Positions 9,452 to 19,245 are shown, counted from the first letter of the stretch. The stretch is DNA of 64,000 nucleotides from an uncultured bacterium (GCA_964453435.1 CAYVQZ010000003.1:24690-88689), one strand, 5' to 3'. Notes: generated from the sequence alone by a model not told the origin. Numbers and translations are program-made.

Positions 9452-11692
9452 ATGAGAGGAAAAACATTCCGTAGCTCATATTGTTACCTGGCGATTATAG
9501 TCGGCGGTTCAGGAGTCGGCTTCCTTGTCCAGTGCCGAAAATTCGAGGGCGGATTCGACTCCCTTCTGAATGTGCGGCTGTTCATCCTCATGGCTTTTTT
9601 TTCGTTGGCGACATACCTTGCATGGGAACTTGAATCTCTTGTTCTCGCACGCTTGTTTGCCCTATCGCGACAGGAGGTCAAAAAGTGGTTTTCCCTGAGC
9701 TTTCTGGCGCTTGCCATGTGCTTCCTGTACCCCTTGGCGCGACGCCTTGTATTTACAAATTGGCAGACCGGCTTCCGATACATGGCGCTTTCTGTTTTCC
9801 TGTTGTTTCTGGTGGCGCAGACGATTGCGTTCGCCCGCATTATGCGGATTGCGAGGAAACGGAGAGAGACATTTTACTGGGGACACCTCATCATGATTGT
9901 GCTCTGCATGGCAGGGCTTTATTCGATTCATCAGATGTCCTACTCTCGCGCCCACAGTGGAACATGGTCTGACGTGACGATTGACCATGTCACTCGGCGC
10001 GCCGTTATTTGGTGTGCGGGCAAGCCATACAGATTTTTCCACAATGTCAAACACCGCCCCGAAGCGGAGTTTTGTTTCGCTGTCGGTCCTGTGAAGATGT
10101 CCGGCGCACAGAACGAACAGTTTCGGCTTGAACTCACGTTGAGAAACAAAGACGGCGCTCGCATCGAGAAAAAATCTCTCACAATGCAAATGGGCGACCA
10201 GTGGGAGGAAGTGAGTTTTGAAATCGGGGTGAAGCAAGAGAACGAAATCTCGGCGGAAATTCGCTTCACCCCCGCGGGAGTCCTGCAGAAAATGCAACAA
10301 CTGGTGGCGGGGCTACCCTGGCGCGAGCCGGAAGGATTGATCGCATTCACTCAGCCTCGAATGGTGGCGCGACAGAGTAACGCTTTCCCGAATGTTGTTC
10401 TCATATCGATTGACACATTGCGCGCCGATCATGTCGGAGCATACGGGCATTTCAGGGCAACGCCGGGGATCGATATGCTCGCGAAGGACGGCATGGTTTT
10501 CACTAACGTAATTTCGGCGGCCACGTGGACGCTGCCTTCTCATATGTCAATGATGACTTCCTTATATCCCGCATATCATGGTTTGAACAAATATGAATCT
10601 CAGGTATCGAATCTGCCCTATGAGACTCTGGCTGGTGTATTCCAAGCTAATGGATACGCATGCGCGGCCTTCACCGGAGCAGCGCTTGTTTCTTCGAAAT
10701 ACGGGTTCTCGAAGGGTTTTGACTCATATTATGAGGAGAAGAAGCTCGGAAGGGAAGCGAACGAGGCGGAGGAAGTTTTCCGTCGGACGACGGAGTGGAT
10801 GGGAAAGCACGGACGGAGGCGGTTTTTTCTCTTTGTGCACACATTCGAGGCGCATGATTATCCGGCGGTAAAAGAAGCCCACAGTATATTCACAGACCCT
10901 GCCTACCAAGGTATCTTTCAGGAACCCTTCCTGTGGGTTCTCGAGAGGTTTCGCGTGTGGTGGAAGGGGAGTTACGATACGGTCTCGTACGGAATCACAG
11001 AAGAAGATGTCACACATGTAAAGGACCTATACGACGGTGGAATCAGAGTCACGGACAGAGAATTGCAGAAATTTCTGATTTTTCTCCGCACGCGGGACCT
11101 ATATGAGAATACACTTATTGTTCTTACCTCCGACCACGGCGAATCATTTGGAGACCCACACAACAACGCGAGCATTACGGCATGGAATCATATCAATATT
11201 CCGTACAGGGAACAAGTATGGGTGCCACTGGTGATGAAGCCACCCTCCACCCTGGGAATTTCCCAGGGAATGTCATTCGACGAGCGGATAAGCTCGCTTG
11301 ATATCGCGCCGAGTATATTAGAAATTTGCGGCCTATCAATTCCCGAACAGTTCATGGGTATTCCTGTTGTGGATGCGCTGCTCGAGGGGAACTATGATTC
11401 GAAACGGAGCCTTTTCGCGGAGGAACCACTGTGGGGCGCTGTCGCGCTGTATACCGACACCACGGCGTACATACATTATCCCGACCGCGATCGCGACGAC
11501 GAACTCTACGACATGCAGAATGACCCGAATCAAACACGAAACCTCATCGACACGGTCCAAGCGAAGCCGGAGCTGGAAATCCTCAAGCAACACCTCCGCG
11601 AGGGCACAGGTTACAGAGAAGAAATGCTGGAGACGGTTGAGGAGATGGACGCGGAGCTTGAGAAGAATTTGAGAGCCCTCGGTTACCTGTGA
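9452..11692 (+). CDS. Membrane-anchored sulfatase-fold protein, Thr-type, paralogue P2
   Basis: 746 aa, collinear with P1 and roughly 60% identical by eye. It has the same N-terminal motif GSGVGFLVQCRKFEGGFDSLLNVRL. The signature is WTLPSHMSMMTSLYPAYHG, with the Thr codon at 10529-10531. The protein ends in LRALGYL. Confidence 0.85.
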   Translation: MRGKTFRSSYCYLAIIVGGSGVGFLVQCRKFEGGFDSLLNVRLFILMAFFSLATYLAWELESLVLARLFALSRQEVKKWFSLSFLALAMCFLYPLARRLVFTNWQTGFRYMALSVFLLFLVAQTIAFARIMRIARKRRETFYWGHLIMIVLCMAGLYSIHQMSYSRAHSGTWSDVTIDHVTRRAVIWCAGKPYRFFHNVKHRPEAEFCFAVGPVKMSGAQNEQFRLELTLRNKDGARIEKKSLTMQMGDQWEEVSFEIGVKQENEISAEIRFTPAGVLQKMQQLVAGLPWREPEGLIAFTQPRMVARQSNAFPNVVLISIDTLRADHVGAYGHFRATPGIDMLAKDGMVFTNVISAATWTLPSHMSMMTSLYPAYHGLNKYESQVSNLPYETLAGVFQANGYACAAFTGAALVSSKYGFSKGFDSYYEEKKLGREANEAEEVFRRTTEWMGKHGRRRFFLFVHTFEAHDYPAVKEAHSIFTDPAYQGIFQEPFLWVLERFRVWWKGSYDTVSYGITEEDVTHVKDLYDGGIRVTDRELQKFLIFLRTRDLYENTLIVLTSDHGESFGDPHNNASITAWNHINIPYREQVWVPLVMKPPSTLGISQGMSFDERISSLDIAPSILEICGLSIPEQFMGIPVVDALLEGNYDSKRSLFAEEPLWGAVALYTDTTAYIHYPDRDRDDELYDMQNDPNQTRNLIDTVQAKPELEILKQHLREGTGYREEMLETVEEMDAELEKNLRALGYL

Positions 11693-11873
11693 TGAATCAC
11701 TTAAATAGAGAAATGCTTGACAGCGCTCCTGGGGGCCGATTGCTGTTGGCTTTGCGCACTGCAAAGAAGCGCCACCGTGCACGGCGTAATTGTGCGGGCA
11801 GAATCGATAAAACAGTGTTTCGTACCGGCAGACCAAGGAAAACGAGAAGCGGGCACAGGGGCGGGGGGAAATT

Positions 11874-14135
11874 TTGATGCGTCCCGACGGAGCGCCGATG
11901 GCGCGCGGAGCCGAGCATGCGAAGTGTTTAATCACCGCTCTGTTGGCCGGCGCGGCCCTTGGATTTGTTGTTCAGTACCGCAAATATGAGAAGGGGAACG
12001 ACACGCTGGTGAACTGGTCGCTGCCCATTCTCATTATTACGTTTGCGGTTTGCCTTGTGTGCGGGTGGATGCTGTGGACGCGCGTTCTGCAACATGTCTC
12101 TTCCAGATCGTCTCTAGAAGCGCACAAGGCCGCATCAAAACCGTTTCTTCCGGCAATCCTGCTCTTTCTGTACCCCCTTTTCGGATTCATGCCTGTGGAA
12201 ATACGATTTAAGGTTGCCGTTCTCGGCGCCGGAGCGGCAGGCATGTTGGTAGCGGCCGTGGACCTGATAAGGAACCGCAACGGATTAAGAGCAATCAGCG
12301 CTCGGCAGATGGTGGCGCTTTCACTGCTCTTTCCGGCATCCGCAGGCTCTGCCGTTGCCGGAAATATTGTGCACAATCTCCAGAAGAATCTGGCTTGCGC
12401 GCGGACAGAGGTTCGAGAATTGAATGCTCTATCCCGTGACCTCGAAGACCTGTCGATTGAACGCAATATTCGAAGCGTCTTCACGGTGAACAGGCAGACC
12501 GCTTTCAACCTTCAGGCCCAATTAAAACAGAAGCCGTTTCTCGTGTTCAGTTTGGCATCGAGGAATCCGGACCATGCACCGGATTACTATCGCGTGCGCA
12601 TCGATGTGGAAACGGAAACGGGTGAAGAAGAGTTTTTGATTGACGCGGTATCAGCGGATAAATGGGATGATTTCATCTATGACTTGGGCAATTTTGAAAA
12701 TCAGGCGGCGGGCTTTCGCTTTCGGGTGTTTATTAACCAATCGCTTCCACGACACGGCTTATTGACTCCTGCGTGGAATTGGCAAAAGGAAAAGTGCTTC
12801 AACCTGGCAATGACACCACCTCGAATCATTCATGGACTTGCTTCGGACAAAGATTTTAATGTCGTTCTAATCAGCTTGGACACCCTTCGGGCCGACCATC
12901 TCTCCGTTTACGGTTATTCGCGAGACACCAGCCCGAATCTGGCGCAATTAGCTGAAGAGGGAATTGTCTTCACCAATTTCTTCAGCCCCTCCACGTGGAC
13001 ATTGCCCGCGCATGTTTCGCTTTTTACTTCTCTTTATCCCTCTGCCCACCGTGTCCACAACCCCCAGAAGGAGGTCAAGAGTCTGAATTTCCAGACGCTG
13101 GCCCACCTTCTCCGCGGCGGTGGCTATTATACCGTCGCGTTCACCGATTCCGGATTCGTGGGTTCGGCATACAAATTTCACCACGGCTTCGACCAGTTCG
13201 ACGAAAGGGGATATGGCATCGAGGAAAATGTCGATAAGGCGTGTCATTGGGTAAGAAATAGCGGAGGGCTCAAGTTTTTCTTATTTTTGCATACATTCGA
13301 AATCCACGATTACTTCTTCCTGCGACCCGAGCACCGAAATCCATACGCGTCGCATTACGATGGCAGAATCAAAGACAGTTTCCGCGATTTCGCGACCCAG
13401 CCGAAAGTCAGAAAAGCATTCGAGCTGCGTCCTGAAGACATCCAATTTATGATTGACCTCTACGATGGAGCTATTCGATATACGGATGAGGCGCTCCGGA
13501 AGTTCTTTGAATGTCTAAAGCATACAACTGTGTATGATGACACGATGATACTTGTTCTCTCCGACCACGGAGAGTCATTCAACGAATTTCACAATAACGG
13601 CAGGTCCGTGGCGTGGCATCACGGCGGGCTTCCCTACGAGAGCATGATACACGTTCCCATGGTCATGAAACCACCGCTCCATTTGGGGGTCGAGCAAAAG
13701 GTTCTCGAGGGACCGTATTCGCTCATCGACATCATGCCGACTCTCGCAGAACTTCTGAACCTGCAGCCTGAAAACCAAGTGCAGGGGGTCTCCTTTGCGT
13801 CTGCTCTCTTTGGGAGAGAAAGCGGCGAAAGCCGTCCGGTTATCTCGCTGCCCGCCCAGGAACGGTTGAATGCCGTTTTGGGCGTGAGAACAAACGATCT
13901 TAAATATATCGCGCACGGCAGCGGGCGAAAAGAATTATATAACCTGAGGAACGACAAGCGGGAACAGGTCAACCTGGCGGATGATGAAAACTTCGAAAGT
14001 GAGCTGCAAACCTTTTCGGCGATTCTCGACTCTTACCTGGAAGACTGTGAAGGTTTTGACAGGCACGCGGAGTTTGGAGAAGAAATACCCGAAAATGTGA
14101 GGGCCGAACTGAAAGCTCTTGGATATCTTCAATAA
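11874..14135 (+). CDS. Membrane-anchored sulfatase-fold protein, Thr-type, paralogue P3
   Basis: The ORF opens TTG-ATG (ATG at 11877, preceded by GGGGGGA). It has about five N-terminal hydrophobic segments (AGAALGFVVQYRKYE motif). Other blocks are LISLDTLRADHLSVYGY, WTLPAHVSLFTSLYPSAHRV and VLSDHGESF. The protein ends in LKALGYLQ. Confidence 0.85.
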   Translation: MMRPDGAPMARGAEHAKCLITALLAGAALGFVVQYRKYEKGNDTLVNWSLPILIITFAVCLVCGWMLWTRVLQHVSSRSSLEAHKAASKPFLPAILLFLYPLFGFMPVEIRFKVAVLGAGAAGMLVAAVDLIRNRNGLRAISARQMVALSLLFPASAGSAVAGNIVHNLQKNLACARTEVRELNALSRDLEDLSIERNIRSVFTVNRQTAFNLQAQLKQKPFLVFSLASRNPDHAPDYYRVRIDVETETGEEEFLIDAVSADKWDDFIYDLGNFENQAAGFRFRVFINQSLPRHGLLTPAWNWQKEKCFNLAMTPPRIIHGLASDKDFNVVLISLDTLRADHLSVYGYSRDTSPNLAQLAEEGIVFTNFFSPSTWTLPAHVSLFTSLYPSAHRVHNPQKEVKSLNFQTLAHLLRGGGYYTVAFTDSGFVGSAYKFHHGFDQFDERGYGIEENVDKACHWVRNSGGLKFFLFLHTFEIHDYFFLRPEHRNPYASHYDGRIKDSFRDFATQPKVRKAFELRPEDIQFMIDLYDGAIRYTDEALRKFFECLKHTTVYDDTMILVLSDHGESFNEFHNNGRSVAWHHGGLPYESMIHVPMVMKPPLHLGVEQKVLEGPYSLIDIMPTLAELLNLQPENQVQGVSFASALFGRESGESRPVISLPAQERLNAVLGVRTNDLKYIAHGSGRKELYNLRNDKREQVNLADDENFESELQTFSAILDSYLEDCEGFDRHAEFGEEIPENVRAELKALGYLQ
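12909..12985. repeat. 77-nt block identical to 15387..15463 (inside P3)
   Basis: Hand alignment: tacggttattcgcgagacaccagcccgaatctggcgcaattagctgaagagggaattgtcttcaccaatttcttcag is identical in both paralogues. The flanking sequence diverges. Confidence 0.9.
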
Positions 14136-14369
14136 CATCTTGAGCTACGGCGAGGCGCTTTATTTACGGTATTAGGCGGTTGCTTTTTTTATGTCTCGGT
14201 CTGCCAGCGCTCGTGGCAGTGGCATATGACGCCAGGGCGGACTCGAAGAACCGGATGTCGACCAAGTTCTACGGAACAGAATTTCGCACAGACCGGACAG
14301 GCGGGTATAAAGGTGGGGGAAAACTTGATTCACAGAGGTAGTTCGTCGGTGGCGCGCAGAGTGGAGCGC

Positions 14370-16625
14370 ATGAAATATTCCTCAGCTGTTTTGCTGGCCG
14401 GCGCGGCCCTCGGATTTGTTGTTCAGTACCGCAAATACGAACAGGGAATTGATGGGTTGTTCGATTGGTCTTTCCTTCCGCTTCTGCTGGCCTCAATCGC
14501 CGCCACGGCTTTTGCCTGGGGCTTTTGGTATACGGTCCTGGTGTATGCTTTCAAGAGAAGCGCTGATGAGGCGAAAGAATCGGCAACCATGGTATTTGTC
14601 CCGCTGTACCTGCTGTTCCTTTATCCCCTGTGCACACCCCTGAAAATGAAAGGGATATATTACATTGCGGGAACGATTGTTTTTGCCATCAGCGCTCTTG
14701 TCGCCGTAGCAGACCTGGCTCAAAGACGGGCAGGCGTCTCAAAGAAAATCTCTTTTCATCATTTATCGCTGATACTCCTCCTTTTCCTCGGGACCGCAGG
14801 CGCCATTCTTCTGGGAAATGCGTTCCATAATTTGGTTCGCCAGTTGGAACACGCGCGTTCGGAAAAGACCGAAACGCGGACCACGCTCACAGGCGTCAAG
14901 CTCGATTCTCAAGTAAGACCCGCTCTGAATGTCGGCAACGGAATCACATTCAAAACGGTTGAAGAACTCCAAGAGAACCCGTTTCTTGTTTTTAGTGTCG
15001 GCTCTGAACAGCAAAGCGCCTATCAAAGCCTGTCCATTACCATATCCGCAGAATCAGCCACTCATCAGACTTCCTATCGAATTCCAATGGACAGCGCATT
15101 TGAAGGGATTGGAGAAGTATGGAAAGACTTCATCTGGGACCTGAATGAATTCAAAAATCAGGAAGCCCGCCTTTCTCTTGGCCTTGGCATAAACAGGTTG
15201 AAGAGACTTTTTCAAATATTTGCACGAAAAAGAACGTTTTTCATCCCCGCCTGGAATTACATCCCTGATCGGTATTTGCTTTCCCTCTACGTGGCGCCTC
15301 CCCGGGTAATTCACAGTCCTGAAAAAGAAGAATTCAATATTTTGCTGATATCCTTGGACACCCTGCGGGCAGACCACCTTTCCGTATACGGTTATTCGCG
15401 AGACACCAGCCCGAATCTGGCGCAATTAGCTGAAGAGGGAATTGTCTTCACCAATTTCTTCAGTCCCTCCACCTGGACATTGCCCGCGCATATGTCGCTG
15501 TTCAGCTCTCTCTATCCGTCCGCGCATCGAGTGCATAACAAAGAACAATCAATTCGAGAACTGGACTTTCCGACTCTCCCGCAACTGTTAAAGACAGTGG
15601 GCTATTATAATGTGGCTTTGACTGACGGGGGTTTTGTTGGCTCGACATACGGATTCCACCTCGGTTTTGACTCGTATTACCAAAAAGGCGAGGATTTTGG
15701 CGTTCGAATCGGAAAGGCGATAGAATGCCTTAAGGAATACAGGGCCCTCAAATTCTTTCTCTTTCTTCACACATATGAGATACACAGTTATGTCACCATG
15801 AAGAACGTGCACCAATCCTATTATGCCAATGCGTACAATGGCGAAATTCGAGGTCACTTTCAAGACCTCGTGCGGCAGTTGGCTTTGGAGCAAGGCAGGT
15901 TATCCTCTAAAGACACGCAGTTTATCAAGGACATTTATGACGGGGCAATCCGTTACACCGACGAATGCCTGGGAGAACTGTTTCGCGCTTTGAAGGACAT
16001 CGGGCTTTATGACAACACGCTGATCATTGTCACCTCGGACCACGGTGAAGCATTTGGTCAAGAGCATGGGAATAGAGAATTCATTGAATGGGGGCATGGC
16101 AGGATACCGTATGAAACCCAAATTCATGTGCCTCTTATCGTGAAGATGCCGAAATCGTGGGGGGAGTATGAAGGACACATTTCCTCTGAACAGTCTCTGC
16201 TCGATATTGTGCCCACACTGGCGGATATTCTCGACATAAAGATATCGCACAAAGTTCAAGGGAGGTCGTGGCTGCCGCTCCTGAAAGAAGACGGTTTGCT
16301 GGACAGGCGAGCGTTGTTTGCCCTGCAAGCTCCTCACCACAGCCTGAATACTGCGATATCGGTACGACACGAGGGGCGCAAATATATTGTCTCAGATTAT
16401 GGTTCCGCCAGGCAGCGAGAGGAGCTGTATGACCTGGTGAACGACCCGACAGAGTTAAATAATATAGTTGACGTTCCGGATGTGGCTGAGGAGCGCCGCC
16501 GGCTGTCAGAGGCGGTCGACTCCTACCTTAAAGATTGTGCAGAATTCGGCAATCGGGTGAAGGTCGGAAACGAAATATCGGAAGAGGTAAAGGCGGAACT
16601 GAAGGCTCTTGGTTACCTGCAATAG
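14370..16625 (+). CDS. Membrane-anchored sulfatase-fold protein, Thr-type, paralogue P4
   Basis: The track ORF starts at 14226. The ATG at 14370 (MKYSSAVLLAGAALGFVVQYRKYE) aligns with the P3 N-terminus, and the upstream 48 codons are Arg/Ser/Thr-rich with no paralogue match. Motifs are WTLPAHMSLFSSLYPSAHRV and VTSDHGEAFG. The protein ends in LKALGYLQ. Confidence 0.8.
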   Translation: MKYSSAVLLAGAALGFVVQYRKYEQGIDGLFDWSFLPLLLASIAATAFAWGFWYTVLVYAFKRSADEAKESATMVFVPLYLLFLYPLCTPLKMKGIYYIAGTIVFAISALVAVADLAQRRAGVSKKISFHHLSLILLLFLGTAGAILLGNAFHNLVRQLEHARSEKTETRTTLTGVKLDSQVRPALNVGNGITFKTVEELQENPFLVFSVGSEQQSAYQSLSITISAESATHQTSYRIPMDSAFEGIGEVWKDFIWDLNEFKNQEARLSLGLGINRLKRLFQIFARKRTFFIPAWNYIPDRYLLSLYVAPPRVIHSPEKEEFNILLISLDTLRADHLSVYGYSRDTSPNLAQLAEEGIVFTNFFSPSTWTLPAHMSLFSSLYPSAHRVHNKEQSIRELDFPTLPQLLKTVGYYNVALTDGGFVGSTYGFHLGFDSYYQKGEDFGVRIGKAIECLKEYRALKFFLFLHTYEIHSYVTMKNVHQSYYANAYNGEIRGHFQDLVRQLALEQGRLSSKDTQFIKDIYDGAIRYTDECLGELFRALKDIGLYDNTLIIVTSDHGEAFGQEHGNREFIEWGHGRIPYETQIHVPLIVKMPKSWGEYEGHISSEQSLLDIVPTLADILDIKISHKVQGRSWLPLLKEDGLLDRRALFALQAPHHSLNTAISVRHEGRKYIVSDYGSARQREELYDLVNDPTELNNIVDVPDVAEERRRLSEAVDSYLKDCAEFGNRVKVGNEISEEVKAELKALGYLQ
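15387..15463. repeat. 77-nt block identical to 12909..12985 (inside P4)
   Basis: Same alignment as above. Confidence 0.9.
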
Positions 16626-16686
16626 CGCCTCTGAATACAGTGGTCACTTGCTTCGCAGCGGGAAAACCAACCGCTTTTCAGAACCG

Positions 16687-17430
16687 CTACCCCTTGTTGT
16701 TTTCGCTTTTGGTTTCATTCACGAAGGCTCTCCTTTTCAGTTCACGAACCTCCGCATCCGACAGCAGCCGGTAGCTTCCGGTTGTGACTCCTTTGAGGCC
16801 GATGCCCGCAAAGTTCTCGCGCCGTAATTTCAGCACGGGATGGCCGACCGCTTCGCACATTCGTTTTATCTGCCTCTTTCGGCCCTCGCGAAGCGTGATT
16901 TCAAGAACAGAGCTCCGCGGATTTGACCGCACGAGCCGCACTCTGGCAGGCGCCGTGACGACTCCGCCGATGTGCAAACCTCGTGCCAGGGAACGTAACG
17001 ACTTCCGTGTCAGTTTTCCCGCGACCTCTGCGCGGTAGGTTTTTTCCACTCCGAATCGAGGATGCGTGAGGCGGTGGCACAGAGCCCCGTCATTCGTCAT
17101 CAGCAGCGCGCCTTCGGTATCCATATCGAGTCGCCCCACCGGATAAAGGCGAGCGGGCAAGTCCTTCACGAGGTCCGTCACAGTGCGGCGTCCATGGGTA
17201 TCGGTCACGGAAGTCACAAATCCCGCCGGCTTGTTCAAAACTACGTATACCTTTTTCTCGGATTCGACCTTCTTGCCGTCGACTTTCACGATGTCTCTCG
17301 CCGGGTCTACCTTCACGCCGAGTTCGGTGAGGACACGGTCATTCACCGAGACATGCCCCTGCTTTATCAGTTCCTCGGAACGACGACGCGAGGCCACTCC
17401 CGCAAGCGCAAGAAATCGCTGGAGTCTCAT
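16687..17430 (-). CDS. rluB: 23S rRNA pseudouridine synthase, RsuA/RluB family
   Basis: N-terminal S4 domain (MRLQRFLALAGVASRRRSEELIKQGHVSVN) and catalytic block YPVGRLDMDTEGALLMTNDG. It overlaps the scpB stop by 4 nt. Confidence 0.9.
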   Translation of the reverse strand: MRLQRFLALAGVASRRRSEELIKQGHVSVNDRVLTELGVKVDPARDIVKVDGKKVESEKKVYVVLNKPAGFVTSVTDTHGRRTVTDLVKDLPARLYPVGRLDMDTEGALLMTNDGALCHRLTHPRFGVEKTYRAEVAGKLTRKSLRSLARGLHIGGVVTAPARVRLVRSNPRSSVLEITLREGRKRQIKRMCEAVGHPVLKLRRENFAGIGLKGVTTGSYRLLSDAEVRELKRRAFVNETKSENNKG

Positions 17431-18113
17431 TGGTCGGGATTAAGGGTCCGGAGCTCTTCAATGGAGGGAAGGTCGCTCAGCGCCTTCAGTCCGAAATGGA
17501 GGAGAAATTCATTGGTGGTCCCATATGTCGCGGGCTTCCCGATCACGTCTTTGAAGCCGACGATTTCCACGAGGTTTTTTTCCAGCAGGGTTCTGAGCGT
17601 GCTATCGACGTTGACGCCGCGGATCGCTTCGATTTCGGCTCGTGTGACCGGTTGTTTGTACGCGATGACCGCCAGCGTCTCCAAAGCTGCCTGGGAAAGC
17701 TTTGACGCTTTGACCTTTGGCGCATAAAACTTTCGCACCCATGGCGCATACTCGGGCCGCGTCGAGAGAACGTAACCGCCCGCCACCTGACGAACAGTGA
17801 ACGGGAACCCATGCTGGTCGAGCCGTTCTTGAATCCAGCCGAGAATCTCCTCGATCCTCTTGTTGTCGGGACCTTCGAGCACCTCGCCGATGCGCGAAGC
17901 GGAAAGGGGCCGGTCGCTCACCAGCAGGAGAACCTCCACGATGGAGCGAAGCTGCTCCTCGGGCAATCCTTCGGCGGAAAGTTTCTCAGAGGGGGCGGTA
18001 TCTTCCGGCGGCGCAGGTGTTCCCTCGTGGTCGTTTTCGGGCGCCGTCTCTTCAGGCTCCGCGGCGGGCGGACCCTGAATCGGCTCCATTAATTCATCGT
18101 ATTCTTCTGTCAT
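17427..18113 (-). CDS. scpB: Segregation and condensation protein B
   Basis: Winged-helix ScpB blocks (IVEVLLLVSDRPLSASRI; AALETLAVIAYKQPVTRAEIEAIRGV) follow an acidic, Pro-rich N-terminal extension of ~55 aa. Confidence 0.85.
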   Translation of the reverse strand: MTEEYDELMEPIQGPPAAEPEETAPENDHEGTPAPPEDTAPSEKLSAEGLPEEQLRSIVEVLLLVSDRPLSASRIGEVLEGPDNKRIEEILGWIQERLDQHGFPFTVRQVAGGYVLSTRPEYAPWVRKFYAPKVKASKLSQAALETLAVIAYKQPVTRAEIEAIRGVNVDSTLRTLLEKNLVEIVGFKDVIGKPATYGTTNEFLLHFGLKALSDLPSIEELRTLNPDQ

Positions 18114-18128
18114 GGCGCACTCAATTTC

Positions 18129-19148
18129 CTATCCGAGAGTTCGTCCCATTGCTGCAACGAGCGGTTTGATCTCGGTCATCAAGGTGAAGTATCGTTTGGG
18201 CAACAGGGATTGAAAGCCGTCGGAAAACGCTTGCTCCGGGTGCGGATGCACCTCGATCATCAGCCCGTCCGCTCCTGCGGCAATCGAGGCTTTTGCCATG
18301 GGCAAAACCAAGTCCCACCGCCCGGTTCCATGGCTTGGGTCCACGATAAGCGGCAAATGACTCATCGCCTTGATCACAGGGACCGAATTCAAATCAAGGG
18401 TGCTGCGAGTGGCGGTCTCGAAGGTGCGTATGCCTCGCTCGCACAGGATAAGGCGATAGTTTCCCTCTGACAATATGTATTCGGCGGACATCAGGAATTC
18501 TTGAACGGTAGACATCATGCCCCTCTTTAAGAGGATGGGTTTTTCCACTTTCCCGAGACTCTTGAGCAGGGCAAAATTCTGCATGTTTCTTGCGCCCACC
18601 TGCAAGATGTCTGCGTATTCCGCCACAAGCTCCACATTGTGGCCGTCCATCACCTCCGTTATCACCTTCAGGCCGGTCCTCTCCCTCGCTTCCGCCAACA
18701 GCTTCAAGCCCTCCTTCTCCAGACCCTGGAAGCTGTAGGGCGACGTTCTTGGTTTGAAGGCGCCGCCCCGGAGAATCTTCGCGCCGCCCTGTTTCACGAT
18801 CTCCGCTATGTCCAATATCTGGTCCCGCGATTCCACGCTGCATGGCCCGGCAATTATCTGGACCTCGCGCCCACCGAGAACGACGCCGTCGATGTTTATT
18901 TCCGTGTTTTCCTGCTTCAGTTCTCGGCTGACAAGCTTGAACGGCTTCAAGATAGGGACAACATCCTCCACGCCCGGCAACGTACGGAGCGATTCGAGGC
19001 GGGCTTTGCCCCGCTCGTCTCCCACCGCTCCGACGACGGTGCGTTCGATTCCTCGTATGAGATGGGCTTTGTACCCGAGGTTCTCAATCACTTCCACCAC
19101 GTGGCCCAGATTCTCCTCGTTTGCGTCACGCTTCATCACGATAATCAT
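18129..19148 (-). CDS. aroF: 3-deoxy-7-phosphoheptulonate (DAHP) synthase, type I-beta, with N-terminal ferredoxin-like regulatory domain
   Basis: The catalytic core has [45 protein letters not shown] and DPSH. The first ~70 aa ([31 protein letters not shown]) resemble the regulatory domain of Thermotoga-type DAHPS. Confidence 0.9.
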   Translation of the reverse strand: MIIVMKRDANEENLGHVVEVIENLGYKAHLIRGIERTVVGAVGDERGKARLESLRTLPGVEDVVPILKPFKLVSRELKQENTEINIDGVVLGGREVQIIAGPCSVESRDQILDIAEIVKQGGAKILRGGAFKPRTSPYSFQGLEKEGLKLLAEARERTGLKVITEVMDGHNVELVAEYADILQVGARNMQNFALLKSLGKVEKPILLKRGMMSTVQEFLMSAEYILSEGNYRLILCERGIRTFETATRSTLDLNSVPVIKAMSHLPLIVDPSHGTGRWDLVLPMAKASIAAGADGLMIEVHPHPEQAFSDGFQSLLPKRYFTLMTEIKPLVAAMGRTLG

Positions 19149-19226
19149 TGAGTACTATGCCTTTTTCTTTTTATCTAAAATTGAGTTTTTGCCTGAATTA
19201 TCGCGCCCTAGTATATCGAGCGGCAT

Positions 19227-19245
19227 GTTTTCTTGTCAAGAAAAC
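19227..19245. promoter_or_regulatory. Perfect 19-bp palindrome, candidate operator upstream of DAHP synthase
   Basis: GTTTTCTTG-T-CAAGAAAAC has 9-bp arms around one central base. It lies ~80 nt upstream of the aroF start at 19148 (minus strand). Confidence 0.35.

Noticed and set aside
14226-14369. 48-codon N-terminal extension of P4
   Set aside because: It has no counterpart in P1-P3 and is Arg/Ser/Thr-rich. The ATG at 14370 gives an N-terminus that aligns with P3.
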